Shown: positions 1 to 7,607 of the stretch, in pieces | Position numbering within the stretch: position 1 is the stretch's first letter | Layout: every line of letters starts with the position of its first letter | Source: Nannocystis bainbridge | GTDB lineage: Bacteria; Myxococcota_A; Polyangia; Nannocystales; Nannocystaceae | Assembly (NCBI RefSeq): GCF_028368995.1 | Contig: NZ_JAQNDL010000005.1 | Coordinates: forward strand, 224,001 to 288,000 | DNA: 64,000 bases | Direction: 5' to 3' | Translations under genes and position numbers: made by a program | The notes under the pieces: model-generated | What the model was told of the DNA's origin: nothing | The model's database searches: none | The model's input: the letters and a program-made list of their open reading frames with translations, nothing else

Positions 1-572
1 TCGAACCCGCGGTACAGCGCCGGCCCCAACGCCGTGCCGCCGCGGGTGTCGAGTCCCAGCACCACCGCGCGCGCCGTCTTGAGGCCGGCCTCGTCGACCA
101 GCATGCGGTCGGTCATCACCTCGACGTCGCTGTCGTAGGCGATGAGCGACAGCCGATCCTGCGGCTTCAGCTCCTTCAGCAGATCGAGGGTCGCCTGTTT
201 GACCGCGAGCAACTTCTCGCCGGCCATGCTGCCCGAGCGATCGAGCACCACCGCGAGGTCGAGCGGCGGCCGCTCGCCGGTGACCTCGCCCATGCCGCGC
301 AGCCGCAACAACAGCTGGAGGTCGAGCGTGCCGGTGCGGCGGTCGAGCACCTCGAATTGTGGCAACACCTCGAGCTGCACCGAGCCCGAGGTCGTCACCC
401 AGCCGAGCCCGCCCGGCACCGGCGCCTCGGCCTGGATCGGCTGCTCCGCCGCTTCGCTCGCCGGCACCTCGCGCCTGGGCTCGACCAGTCCCTTGCCTGT
501 ACATCCGCCCGTGACGAACAACGCGAGCATCGTGAACACGGGGACCAGCGAGGACGGGCGCGGCGAGGGCAT
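1..572 (-). CDS. VWA (von Willebrand factor A) domain lipoprotein, 3' end outside window
   Basis: Manual minus-strand translation from ATG 572: MPSPRPSSLVPVFTMLALFVTGGC (lipobox-like), then RPPLDLAVVLDRSGSMAGEKL (MIDAS DxSxS), LSLIAYDS, GGTALGPAL; open to the window edge. Confidence 0.85.
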   Translation of the reverse strand, partial: MPSPRPSSLVPVFTMLALFVTGGCTGKGLVEPRREVPASEAAEQPIQAEAPVPGGLGWVTTSGSVQLEVLPQFEVLDRRTGTLDLQLLLRLRGMGEVTGERPPLDLAVVLDRSGSMAGEKLLAVKQATLDLLKELKPQDRLSLIAYDSDVEVMTDRMLVDEAGLKTARAVVLGLDTRGGTALGPALYRGF

Positions 573-791
573 CGTCGCCTGCAACGCCGCCGCGGCTCGC
601 CGGTTCTGATCGACGATCGAAGCGCGACGATCCGCGGCTTCGATCTCTCCGATCCCCACGCTTCACGCCGCGATCGCTCGTCCTCACGAACGACGCTGCG
701 CGGCTCGAATTCGCGCCACCGCGCGACGTATGACAGGCTGTCCCTTCGGACATCTGATTCGCGAGCCCACGAACCACGCTACCCTCCGCGC

Positions 792-1259
792 GTGCCGGTC
801 CGACTCGTCGCCCTCCTCGCCCTGCTGGTCCTCGGATGCGCTCACAGCCCGCCCCCACCCGCGGGACCGCGCGTGCTGGCCGGCAGCGCGCAGATTCAGC
901 GGGCCGAGGCGACCGTCGAGCTGACGCTGCGCTACCAGGTGCGCGAGGGTTCGGCGCTCGAGATCTCGGGCGAGCTGCGCGGCGGCGGCAGCGGCAGCGT
1001 CGGCGCCGTCGCCGTCGAGCTCCGCCCCGAAGGCTTCGAGCTCGCCGACCCGCCGATCTGGACCGCCGAGGTCGCCGCTGGCGAGGCCGCGAGCCACACC
1101 TGGAAGCTGCGCCCGCTGGCCGAGGGCATCGCCCGCATCGAGGTCCGCCACGGCCTCGCCGGCGGCGACCTCGACGGCAGCACCACCGCCGCCTTCCGCG
1201 TCGACGCCGACGCGATCCGCCTGTGCGCCACCGCCGACTGCGCCGGCGAGGCGCCCTGA
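792..1259 (+). CDS. hypothetical lipoprotein
   Basis: GTG start, signal peptide RLVALLALLVLGC with lipobox, beta-rich body; 3' half of ORF 357..1259. Confidence 0.65.
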   Translation: MPVRLVALLALLVLGCAHSPPPPAGPRVLAGSAQIQRAEATVELTLRYQVREGSALEISGELRGGGSGSVGAVAVELRPEGFELADPPIWTAEVAAGEAASHTWKLRPLAEGIARIEVRHGLAGGDLDGSTTAAFRVDADAIRLCATADCAGEAP

Positions 1260-1353
1260 GCGGGCCCCGGCCGCGAGTTCACGAAGCGAGATCGCGCAGG
1301 GAGTTTTCCCGGGGCCGGTCTGTTATCCTGTCGGAGTCGGGGACCCCAGAGTC

Positions 1354-2070
1354 ATGACTGAACAACGCGAGTACGCCGCCCGAACCAATCTTCACGCGTT
1401 TTATTCTCACAGTCAGCTCTTGATCGTCGCCGAGGGCGAGCTGCCGTCGACCGAGTACGAGATCGACATCGGCCACCAGGCCGGCGAGTCCATCCCGACC
1501 TTCGCCCTCACGCATCGCGCTCGCCCGACCGCCGTCGATGCGCCGCCCAAGGCCACGCCGTTCCGCTACGGCGAGATCTTCAGCATCGGTCGCCCGCCGG
1601 ACGTCATCCGCGTGCGCCACAAAGAGGGCCTCGACGACGTCAACGTCGAGTTCACCCGCGACGACCTCGTCGACATCGTCCTCAGCCTCAGCGGCGGCGA
1701 CGTCGAGGTCACCCTGCCCGACGCCGACGCCGACACCGGCGCATCGATCCCCCCGCCCCCGCCGTCGGGCTTCGACACGCACCCGCCCCCGCGCGAGAGC
1801 TCGGCCCCGGTCGAGTCGCGGCCGCTGACCGCCAGCGAGAAGGCCGGCATCCTCGGCGACATCGCCGTCCGCTACCGCGAGTCGATCGGCTACTCGAACA
1901 AGCTCTCGTTCGACGAGGCCTTCGCCGACGCGCTCAAGAAGCTGCCGCCGCCGTCGGTCAAGTTCCCCGACATGCTCGAGACGGTCGAGGTCGTGCAGAT
2001 CGGCGCGAGCTTCGGCGGCATCGCCGGCTTCCGCCGCCTCGAGGTCCGGATCCGCGCCTACCCGGATTGA
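1354..2070 (+). CDS. hypothetical two-domain protein, Pro-rich linker, C-terminal dodecin-like segment
   Basis: Coding-like GC3 bias; C-terminal ESIGYSNKLSFDEAFADALKKL resembles the dodecin GxSxxSxxxA pattern (weak). Confidence 0.7.
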   Translation: MTEQREYAARTNLHAFYSHSQLLIVAEGELPSTEYEIDIGHQAGESIPTFALTHRARPTAVDAPPKATPFRYGEIFSIGRPPDVIRVRHKEGLDDVNVEFTRDDLVDIVLSLSGGDVEVTLPDADADTGASIPPPPPSGFDTHPPPRESSAPVESRPLTASEKAGILGDIAVRYRESIGYSNKLSFDEAFADALKKLPPPSVKFPDMLETVEVVQIGASFGGIAGFRRLEVRIRAYPD

Positions 2071-2145
2071 CCTGCTTGCATCTGCACCCGCCGCGCGAAA
2101 AGGGGTGCTTCCCAAGCTCCGCGGCCCTGTGGTAGGAACCAGTTC

Positions 2146-2422
2146 GTGCCTTGTGATTCCGTGACAGGAGGGCAGGTCTAGCTCGCTGCTCTGCAGCGGG
2201 GCGGCGTTGCGCCGCCCGAGCGTCTTCCCCACCATCCATCACAAGGAAGGCTATTCCAGAACGTCGCTGATCGTCCGTAGCCCATACGGGCCGCGACGGG
2301 CTGGTTCAACCTCGCCGATCGTGGTTCCGTGCGCGGCCCGTATGGGCTACGGACGGCGAGTTCAGTGAGCCTTCCATGTCCCAGGTCTTGAGGTAGATCC
2401 TCCTTCACAAATCACGATGCAC
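2146..2422 (+). ncRNA. retron-type msr-msd non-coding RNA, copy 1
   Basis: Imperfect terminal inverted repeats (2146-2180 vs 2394-2422) ending in TCTA followed by candidate branch G2181; msr hairpins GCTGC-TCT-GCAGC and GGGCGGCG-TTG-CGCCGCCC; msd hairpin closed by GGAAGGCT/AGCCTTCC with a perfect 24-bp stem 2272-2295/2332-2355; resembles msDNA-Mx162 ends as recalled. Confidence 0.8.
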
Positions 2423-2423
2423 G

Positions 2424-2462
2424 GATGGCCGAGGCGCGACAGCTCCTCGGCCATCGCTTTTT
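2424..2462 (+). terminator. intrinsic terminator after ncRNA copy 1
   Basis: GATGGCCGAGG / CCTCGGCCATC 11-bp stem followed by GCTTTTT. Confidence 0.75.
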
Positions 2463-2479
2463 CTGGTACTGTCCTCTTC

Positions 2480-2750
2480 GTGCTGCGCGTGTGCGAAGGA
2501 GGTCAGGTCTAGCTCGGTGCTCTGCACCGGGGCGGCGTTGCGCCGCCCGAGCGTTCTGCACGTCATTCGTCACAAGGAAGGCTGTTCCAGGATTCACTGA
2601 TCGCCGAGGTACCGGTCGCATCGCGACGGGCTGGTCCAACCTCGCCGATCGAGGTTCCGTGCGCGATGCGACCGGTACCTCGGCGGTGAATCCAGTGAGC
2701 CTTCCATGTCCCAGGTCATGAGGTAGAAAGCTCCTCGCCGCGCACGGCAC
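2480..2750 (+). ncRNA. retron-type msr-msd non-coding RNA, copy 2
   Basis: Same architecture about 330 bp downstream; candidate branch G2512; perfect 24-bp stem 2602-2625/2662-2685 of different sequence from copy 1; compensatory changes in the other stems. Confidence 0.8.
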
Positions 2751-2752
2751 AT

Positions 2753-2807
2753 GCGGCCCCGACGACCTCCCCGCCGCTCGCGGGAGGCCCTCGGGGCCGC
2801 GGCTTTT
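2753..2807 (+). terminator. probable intrinsic terminator after ncRNA copy 2
   Basis: GCGGCCCCGA ... TCGGGGCCGC stem followed by GGCTTTT. Confidence 0.55.
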
Positions 2808-2874
2808 GGGTCGCTGCGTGCGCCCCTGCCCGCGTTCGCTTGACATCCCGGCGCATCGGTCCGATGCCAGATCC

Positions 2875-3840
2875 ATGGGTACCGCCACCCACTCGCGGCC
2901 TCCGCGAGAACGCGCCCGACGCGCTCTACGCGTCGCTCTCGTCCTCAACCTCGCGTTCCTCGGGCTCGAGACGGTCTTCGCGTTCCTCAGCGGCTCCCTG
3001 GCCCTGCTGTCCGACGCGGCGCACATGGTCAGCGACGTCGCGGCCCTCGGGCTGGCCCTGCTCGCCGCCGAGTTCGCCCTGCGCCCGGCCGTCCAGGGCC
3101 GCACCTACGGGTTCGCCCGCGCCGAGGCCCTCGGCGCCTTCGCCAACGCCCTGTTCCTCGCGTTCGCCTGCGCCCTCATCGTCCACAGCGCGATCGGCCG
3201 CCTCAGCACCGGCGACACTCACTTCGAGCCCGAGCCCGTGCTGGTGGTCGGCACCGCCGGCCTCGTCGTCAACCTCGCCTCGGCCTGGTACCTCGCGCGC
3301 AGCGGCGGCGACAACCTCAACATCCGCGGCGCGCTCATCCACATGCTGGCCGACGCGCTCGGCTCGCTCGGGGCGATCGTCGCCGCCGTGCTCGCCTCGA
3401 CCTGGGCGATCCACGCCGCCGACTCGATCCTCAGCCTGGGCATCGCCGTCCTGGTCCTCTTCAGCGCCTGGGGCGTGCTGCGCGACGCGACCCGGGCCCT
3501 CCTCGATTTCGCCCCGACCCACCTCCCGCAGGAGCGCGTCGAGGCCGAGCTGCGCGCCGTGGCCGGGCTGTCGGAGATCCACGAGCTCCACCTGTGGAGC
3601 ATCGGCGGCTCGCCGGTGCTCACCGCCCACCTGGTCCCGCAGCCCGGGGTGGCCCCCGGCGACCTGCTGGCCCGCGCCGAGCACGTCCTGCGCGAGCACC
3701 TCGGCGTCGTCCACACGACCCTGCAGATCGACGACCCCGGCCCGTGCGCGCAGCGGCGCTGCCCGCTGTTCGACGAGCAGCTGGCGAAGATCCACACCCA
3801 CGGTCACGCGCACGGTCACGGTCACGGCCACGCGCACTGA
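2875..3840 (+). CDS. cation diffusion facilitator (CzcD/ZitB-like Zn/Co/Cd exporter)
   Basis: SLALLSDAAHMVSD, RTYGFARAE, NLNIRGALIHMLADALGS, IHELHLW, HTTLQ motifs; His-rich C-terminal tail. Confidence 0.92.
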   Translation: MGTATHSRPPRERARRALRVALVLNLAFLGLETVFAFLSGSLALLSDAAHMVSDVAALGLALLAAEFALRPAVQGRTYGFARAEALGAFANALFLAFACALIVHSAIGRLSTGDTHFEPEPVLVVGTAGLVVNLASAWYLARSGGDNLNIRGALIHMLADALGSLGAIVAAVLASTWAIHAADSILSLGIAVLVLFSAWGVLRDATRALLDFAPTHLPQERVEAELRAVAGLSEIHELHLWSIGGSPVLTAHLVPQPGVAPGDLLARAEHVLREHLGVVHTTLQIDDPGPCAQRRCPLFDEQLAKIHTHGHAHGHGHGHAH

Positions 3841-3887
3841 CGGGCCTGCCGAGCGGGGCACGACACCGCGAGAGGTGCCCGACCGTC

Positions 3888-4065
3888 GCCTGTCCCGCAG
3901 GACACATTGAGAACATGTCCTGAGGGACAGGCCACGACTTCGCGCCGCGGTCACCGGCCTCAGAGGACGTGGGACATCATCACCTGTCCCGCAGGACAGG
4001 CTATCGTCATGTCCTCCGGGACAGGCCCGCGGCGTCGCGCCGCCACCTGTCCCGAAGGTCACGCC
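3888..4065. repeat. cluster of TGTCC-N4-GGACA palindromes between convergent genes
   Basis: cctgtcc-cgca-ggacac, acatgtcc-tgag-ggacagg, acctgtcc-cgca-ggacagg, catgtcc-tccg-ggacagg, acctgtcc-cgaa-ggtcac. Confidence 0.85.
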
Positions 4066-4069
4066 CTGC

Positions 4070-4972
4070 CTAGAACCCGATCTGCTTGCACGTGCAGCCG
4101 GCCACGTCCGGCCCGCACTGCGTCGGCGGGGCCGGGTTGTCGGCGCTGACCGACAGCGGGATGTAGCGGTCGGGCGACTGCGCGTGGCCGTCGATGCGCG
4201 TCCACACGTCTGCCGACGGCTCGAGCGCGTTGACGGCGGTCGCGTCCGCGTTGGTGATGAAGGGGACCACCAGCTTGTCGTCGGGGTAGCCGAAGCTCTT
4301 GAGGCCCTCGCTGAGGCCGTAGTGCGGGCCGATGTACTTGCAGCCGGCCTGGTCGAACTTGGCGAACACGTCGCTCGGGCAGTTGCTGCCGGTCGCCTCG
4401 CGGTAGTACTGCAGGAACGCGATCTCGCAGCCGACGCCGCCCGAGCAGCGGACCAGGTAGCGCCACCCGGTCTTCTTCGGATCGATGCAAGGATGGACGC
4501 ACGGGTTCCAGCTGATCGGCAGGCCGTCGCCCGGGCGCAGCTTGTCGGCGTAGCAGACCTCGCCGCGGAAGAACGGCAGCACGAAGGTCGGGAGGTCGCC
4601 CTCGCCCATCCCCGTGCAGTCCTCGGGCGCCTCGCAGGTCGCGGGCGGCCCGGTGGTCGCCGTCGGGTCCCAGCCCGTCGTCTCGGTCGTCGGCCCGCTC
4701 GTCGAGGTCGTCGCGTCGGTCCCGCCCGAGTTGCTGTCGCTCATGCTGCCCTCGGAGCTGGTGGTCGGCGCCGCCGTGGTCGTCGGCACGTCGGCCGTCG
4801 TCGATTCGGTGCCCGTCGCGCCGGTCGCGTCGGTCTCGGTCCCCGTGATCGAGGCTGACTCCGACGCCGTGTTGAGGGCGGCGGTCACCATCTCGTAGTT
4901 GTCCTGGCAGCCGGCCGCGAACGCGAGCGCGGAGAGCCAGGCCGTACGCAGCCAAAGCTGAGACATGGGCAT
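4070..4972 (-). CDS. Thr-rich, Cys-containing lipoprotein
   Basis: MPMSQLWLRTAWLSALAFAAGC lipobox, Thr/Ser-rich linker, Cys-rich C-terminal domain. Confidence 0.8.
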   Translation of the reverse strand: MPMSQLWLRTAWLSALAFAAGCQDNYEMVTAALNTASESASITGTETDATGATGTESTTADVPTTTAAPTTSSEGSMSDSNSGGTDATTSTSGPTTETTGWDPTATTGPPATCEAPEDCTGMGEGDLPTFVLPFFRGEVCYADKLRPGDGLPISWNPCVHPCIDPKKTGWRYLVRCSGGVGCEIAFLQYYREATGSNCPSDVFAKFDQAGCKYIGPHYGLSEGLKSFGYPDDKLVVPFITNADATAVNALEPSADVWTRIDGHAQSPDRYIPLSVSADNPAPPTQCGPDVAGCTCKQIGF

Positions 4973-5128
4973 GCCGAGCAGTGTAGAGGCTCGCCGGGCC
5001 GCGGGCGACATCTCGGCCGCGCGGCCTGCGCCGCTGCAGGGGGGCACGTGGCCCCGCGCACGGGCATCGCGCCCGCGGCGCCCGCATCGCCGCTCGCGCC
5101 CGGCCCGCGGGTTCGGCAAGCTTCGCGC

Positions 5129-6121
5129 ATGTTCGACCTGCGCATGTGGTTTCGAGCGCTGCAGATCATCCCGCGGCTCGGCAAAGACGAGTGGGACCGC
5201 CTCGACGTCGTAAGTCGCTGGCTCATCGCCACCCGCGCCGCCGTGTTCGTCATGACCATCGTGTCCGCCGGCATCGGCGGGATCCTGGCCGCGCGGGACG
5301 GTCAATTCTCCGGCCTCAACTTCCTCGCCTGCCTGATCGGCCTGGTGTTCGCCCACGCCACCAACAACCTCGTCAACGACCTCACCGATCACCTGCAGGG
5401 CGTCGACAAGGGCAACTACTTCCGCGCCCAGTACGGCCCGCAGCCGCTCGAGCACGGCCTCATGAGCGTGCGCGACGTGCTCCGCTACACCGCCATCACC
5501 GGCGCGATCGCCCTCGCCGCCGGCGTGTGGCTGATCGCCGCCACCGGCACCACCGCGCTCGGTCTCATGCTCGCCGGCGTCTTCTTCGTGCTGTTCTACA
5601 CCTGGCCCTTGAAACACATCGGCCTCGGCGAGCCGACCGTGCTGCTGGTGTGGGGCCCCTTGATGGTCGGCGGCACGTACCTGTGCACCGCCGGGCAGTG
5701 GAGCTGGGACGCCGCGCTGATCGGCACCGCCTACGCGCTCGGGCCGACCGCGGTGCTGTTCGGCAAGCACACCGACAAGCTCCCGGCCGACCGCGCCAAG
5801 GGCATCTTCACCTTGCCGGTGCTGCTCGGCGAGCCGCTCGCGCGCCGCTGCGTCACCGTCATGCTGGCCGCGCAGCTGGTCGCCGTGCTCGCCCTCGTAT
5901 GGCGCGGCGCGCTCGGCTGGCCGCTGCTGATCGTGCTCGCCGCCGTGCCGATGCTGCGCGACACCGCCGCCGTGTTCGCGCGCCCGCGGCCCGACACCTG
6001 CCCGCCCGAGTTCCCCAAGCACATCTGGCCGACCTACCTGGTCGCCTATGCCTTCCGCTACAACCGCCGCTTCGGCCTGCTGTTCCTGCTCGGCCTGCTG
6101 ATCGAGCTGGCGCTGTCTTAA
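5129..6121 (+). CDS. menA: UbiA-family prenyltransferase, MenA (DHNA octaprenyltransferase)-like
   Basis: WLIATR, NNLVNDLTDHLQGVD, FYTWPLKHIGLGE, DRAKGIFTLPVLLG; multiple TM helices. Confidence 0.8.
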   Translation: MFDLRMWFRALQIIPRLGKDEWDRLDVVSRWLIATRAAVFVMTIVSAGIGGILAARDGQFSGLNFLACLIGLVFAHATNNLVNDLTDHLQGVDKGNYFRAQYGPQPLEHGLMSVRDVLRYTAITGAIALAAGVWLIAATGTTALGLMLAGVFFVLFYTWPLKHIGLGEPTVLLVWGPLMVGGTYLCTAGQWSWDAALIGTAYALGPTAVLFGKHTDKLPADRAKGIFTLPVLLGEPLARRCVTVMLAAQLVAVLALVWRGALGWPLLIVLAAVPMLRDTAAVFARPRPDTCPPEFPKHIWPTYLVAYAFRYNRRFGLLFLLGLLIELALS

Positions 6122-6226
6122 GTAAAAAGACGCCCGCCGAAAGCACGAAGGGCCGAAGCCATCGCGGAGGATGGCTTCAGCCCTTTGGGAAGCGCGGTGA
6201 CCGGTAGCACCCGGTCGCGCGGCGGC

Positions 6227-6694
6227 TCACTTCGGAGCGGGCTCGGCGGGCGCGGCGGCAGCGGGCGCAGCGGGCGCCGCAGAGCCGGTCGACGGCGTGC
6301 AGATCGGCGCCTCGGTCCCGTTCTCCGTGACCTTGTTGGCGACCCCGTAGCAGCCCCACACCACCTCGAGCTCGCGGCACGAGCCCGGGTTGAGCTCGAT
6401 GAACTTCGCGGCCCGCTGGCGCGCCTCGGGCGACTGGCCGATGTTGGGGCCCACCCACTGGAGCTGCAGCCGACCGAGGATCTCCTTCGTCAGGCCGACA
6501 TTGATGCTCTCGCGCGCGGCCGCGTTGGTGACGCATTGGTTGTAGTCGACGATGTTCTGCAGCACGCAGACATTCCCCTCCGACAACACGTAGCCCGACT
6601 CACAACCTCCCGGGCTCTTCGTTTTGTCGCCCTTGCAGGCGACGGCGGACAGGGCGGCAGAGCTCAGGGCGAGGACGGCGAGGATACGGAGCAT
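6227..6694 (-). CDS. hypothetical lipoprotein
   Basis: MLRILAVLALSSAALSAVAC lipobox; Cys pairs; Ala/Pro-rich tail. Confidence 0.75.
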   Translation of the reverse strand: MLRILAVLALSSAALSAVACKGDKTKSPGGCESGYVLSEGNVCVLQNIVDYNQCVTNAAARESINVGLTKEILGRLQLQWVGPNIGQSPEARQRAAKFIELNPGSCRELEVVWGCYGVANKVTENGTEAPICTPSTGSAAPAAPAAAAPAEPAPK

Positions 6695-6821
6695 GGGGGG
6701 AGCCTCTTCGTTGCGGCCGATTGTATGCCACAGGGGTCCGCGCGCCGCACGAAATTCGCCGGACCGGGGAAAAATGCCACCGCGATCGCGTATAACCGCG
6801 TCCCGGGCTATCTTTGCGGCC

Positions 6822-7511
6822 ATGAGCGAGCCTTCCGACCTGTACTTCCGTCAAGTGCCGATCGGGCCGATGGGCAACTTCATCTACTTCATCGGCAGCC
6901 GCGCCACGCGGACCTGCGTGGTCGTCGACCCGGCCTGGGACACCGACGCGCTGATCCGGCTGGCCGAGGCCGACGACATGAAGATCGTCGGGGCGCTCGT
7001 CACTCACTATCACCCGGACCATTGCGGCGGCGGGATGATGGGGTTCAACGTCCCCGGCGGCGTCGCCGAGCTCATCGGTCGCGTCGACGCCCGCATCCAC
7101 GTGCACAAGCTCGAGGCCGACGGGCTCAAGCAGGTCACCGGCGTCAGCGAGGCCGACCTCGTGCGCCGCGAGGGCGGCGATCGGCTCGCGCTCGGCGACG
7201 TCGAGCTCACGTTCATTCACACACCTGGCCACACCCCGGGCAGTCAGTGCTTCTTCGTCCGCGATCGCCTGGTCGCCGGCGACACTCTGTTCGTCGACGG
7301 CTGCGGGCGCGTCGACCTCCCGGGCGGCGACGCCCAGCAGATGTACGAGAGCCTCACCGGGCCGCTGGCCGCGCTGAGCGACGACGTCGTCCTTTACCCC
7401 GGCCACAACTACGGCCCGACCCCCACCAGCCCGCTGGGTACGCAACGGAAGACCAACCGCTACTTGCGGATCCGCTCGCGCGACGACTGGCGGCGGCTGA
7501 TGGGTCGCTGA
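6822..7511 (+). CDS. MBL-fold metallo-hydrolase (glyoxalase II-like)
   Basis: THYHPDH, TPGHTPGS, AGDTLF..GCGR, YPGHNY motifs. Confidence 0.92.
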   Translation: MSEPSDLYFRQVPIGPMGNFIYFIGSRATRTCVVVDPAWDTDALIRLAEADDMKIVGALVTHYHPDHCGGGMMGFNVPGGVAELIGRVDARIHVHKLEADGLKQVTGVSEADLVRREGGDRLALGDVELTFIHTPGHTPGSQCFFVRDRLVAGDTLFVDGCGRVDLPGGDAQQMYESLTGPLAALSDDVVLYPGHNYGPTPTSPLGTQRKTNRYLRIRSRDDWRRLMGR

Positions 7512-7607
7512 CGCGAGCGACGGCGCGCGATGGCCGACGCGGCGCCTCGTTGTACGATCCCCGTCCGCGGCCTCGGGTTGTCGCGTCGGCTTGGGTAGGA
7601 TGGGCGC

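Noticed and set aside
2146-2750. 6S RNA, riboswitch or MITE interpretation of the tandem units
   Set aside because: Units are ~275 nt and branched, each with its own terminator and no target-site duplication; a1/a2, branch G and msd hairpin layout fit a retron ncRNA better (not formally excluded without a covariance-model search)
2178-3104. ORFs 2178..2408(-), 2412..3104(-) and 2425..2721(+) over the duplicated region
   Set aside because: No coding bias; differences between the two copies preserve base pairing, not amino acids, so the region is structured RNA/DNA
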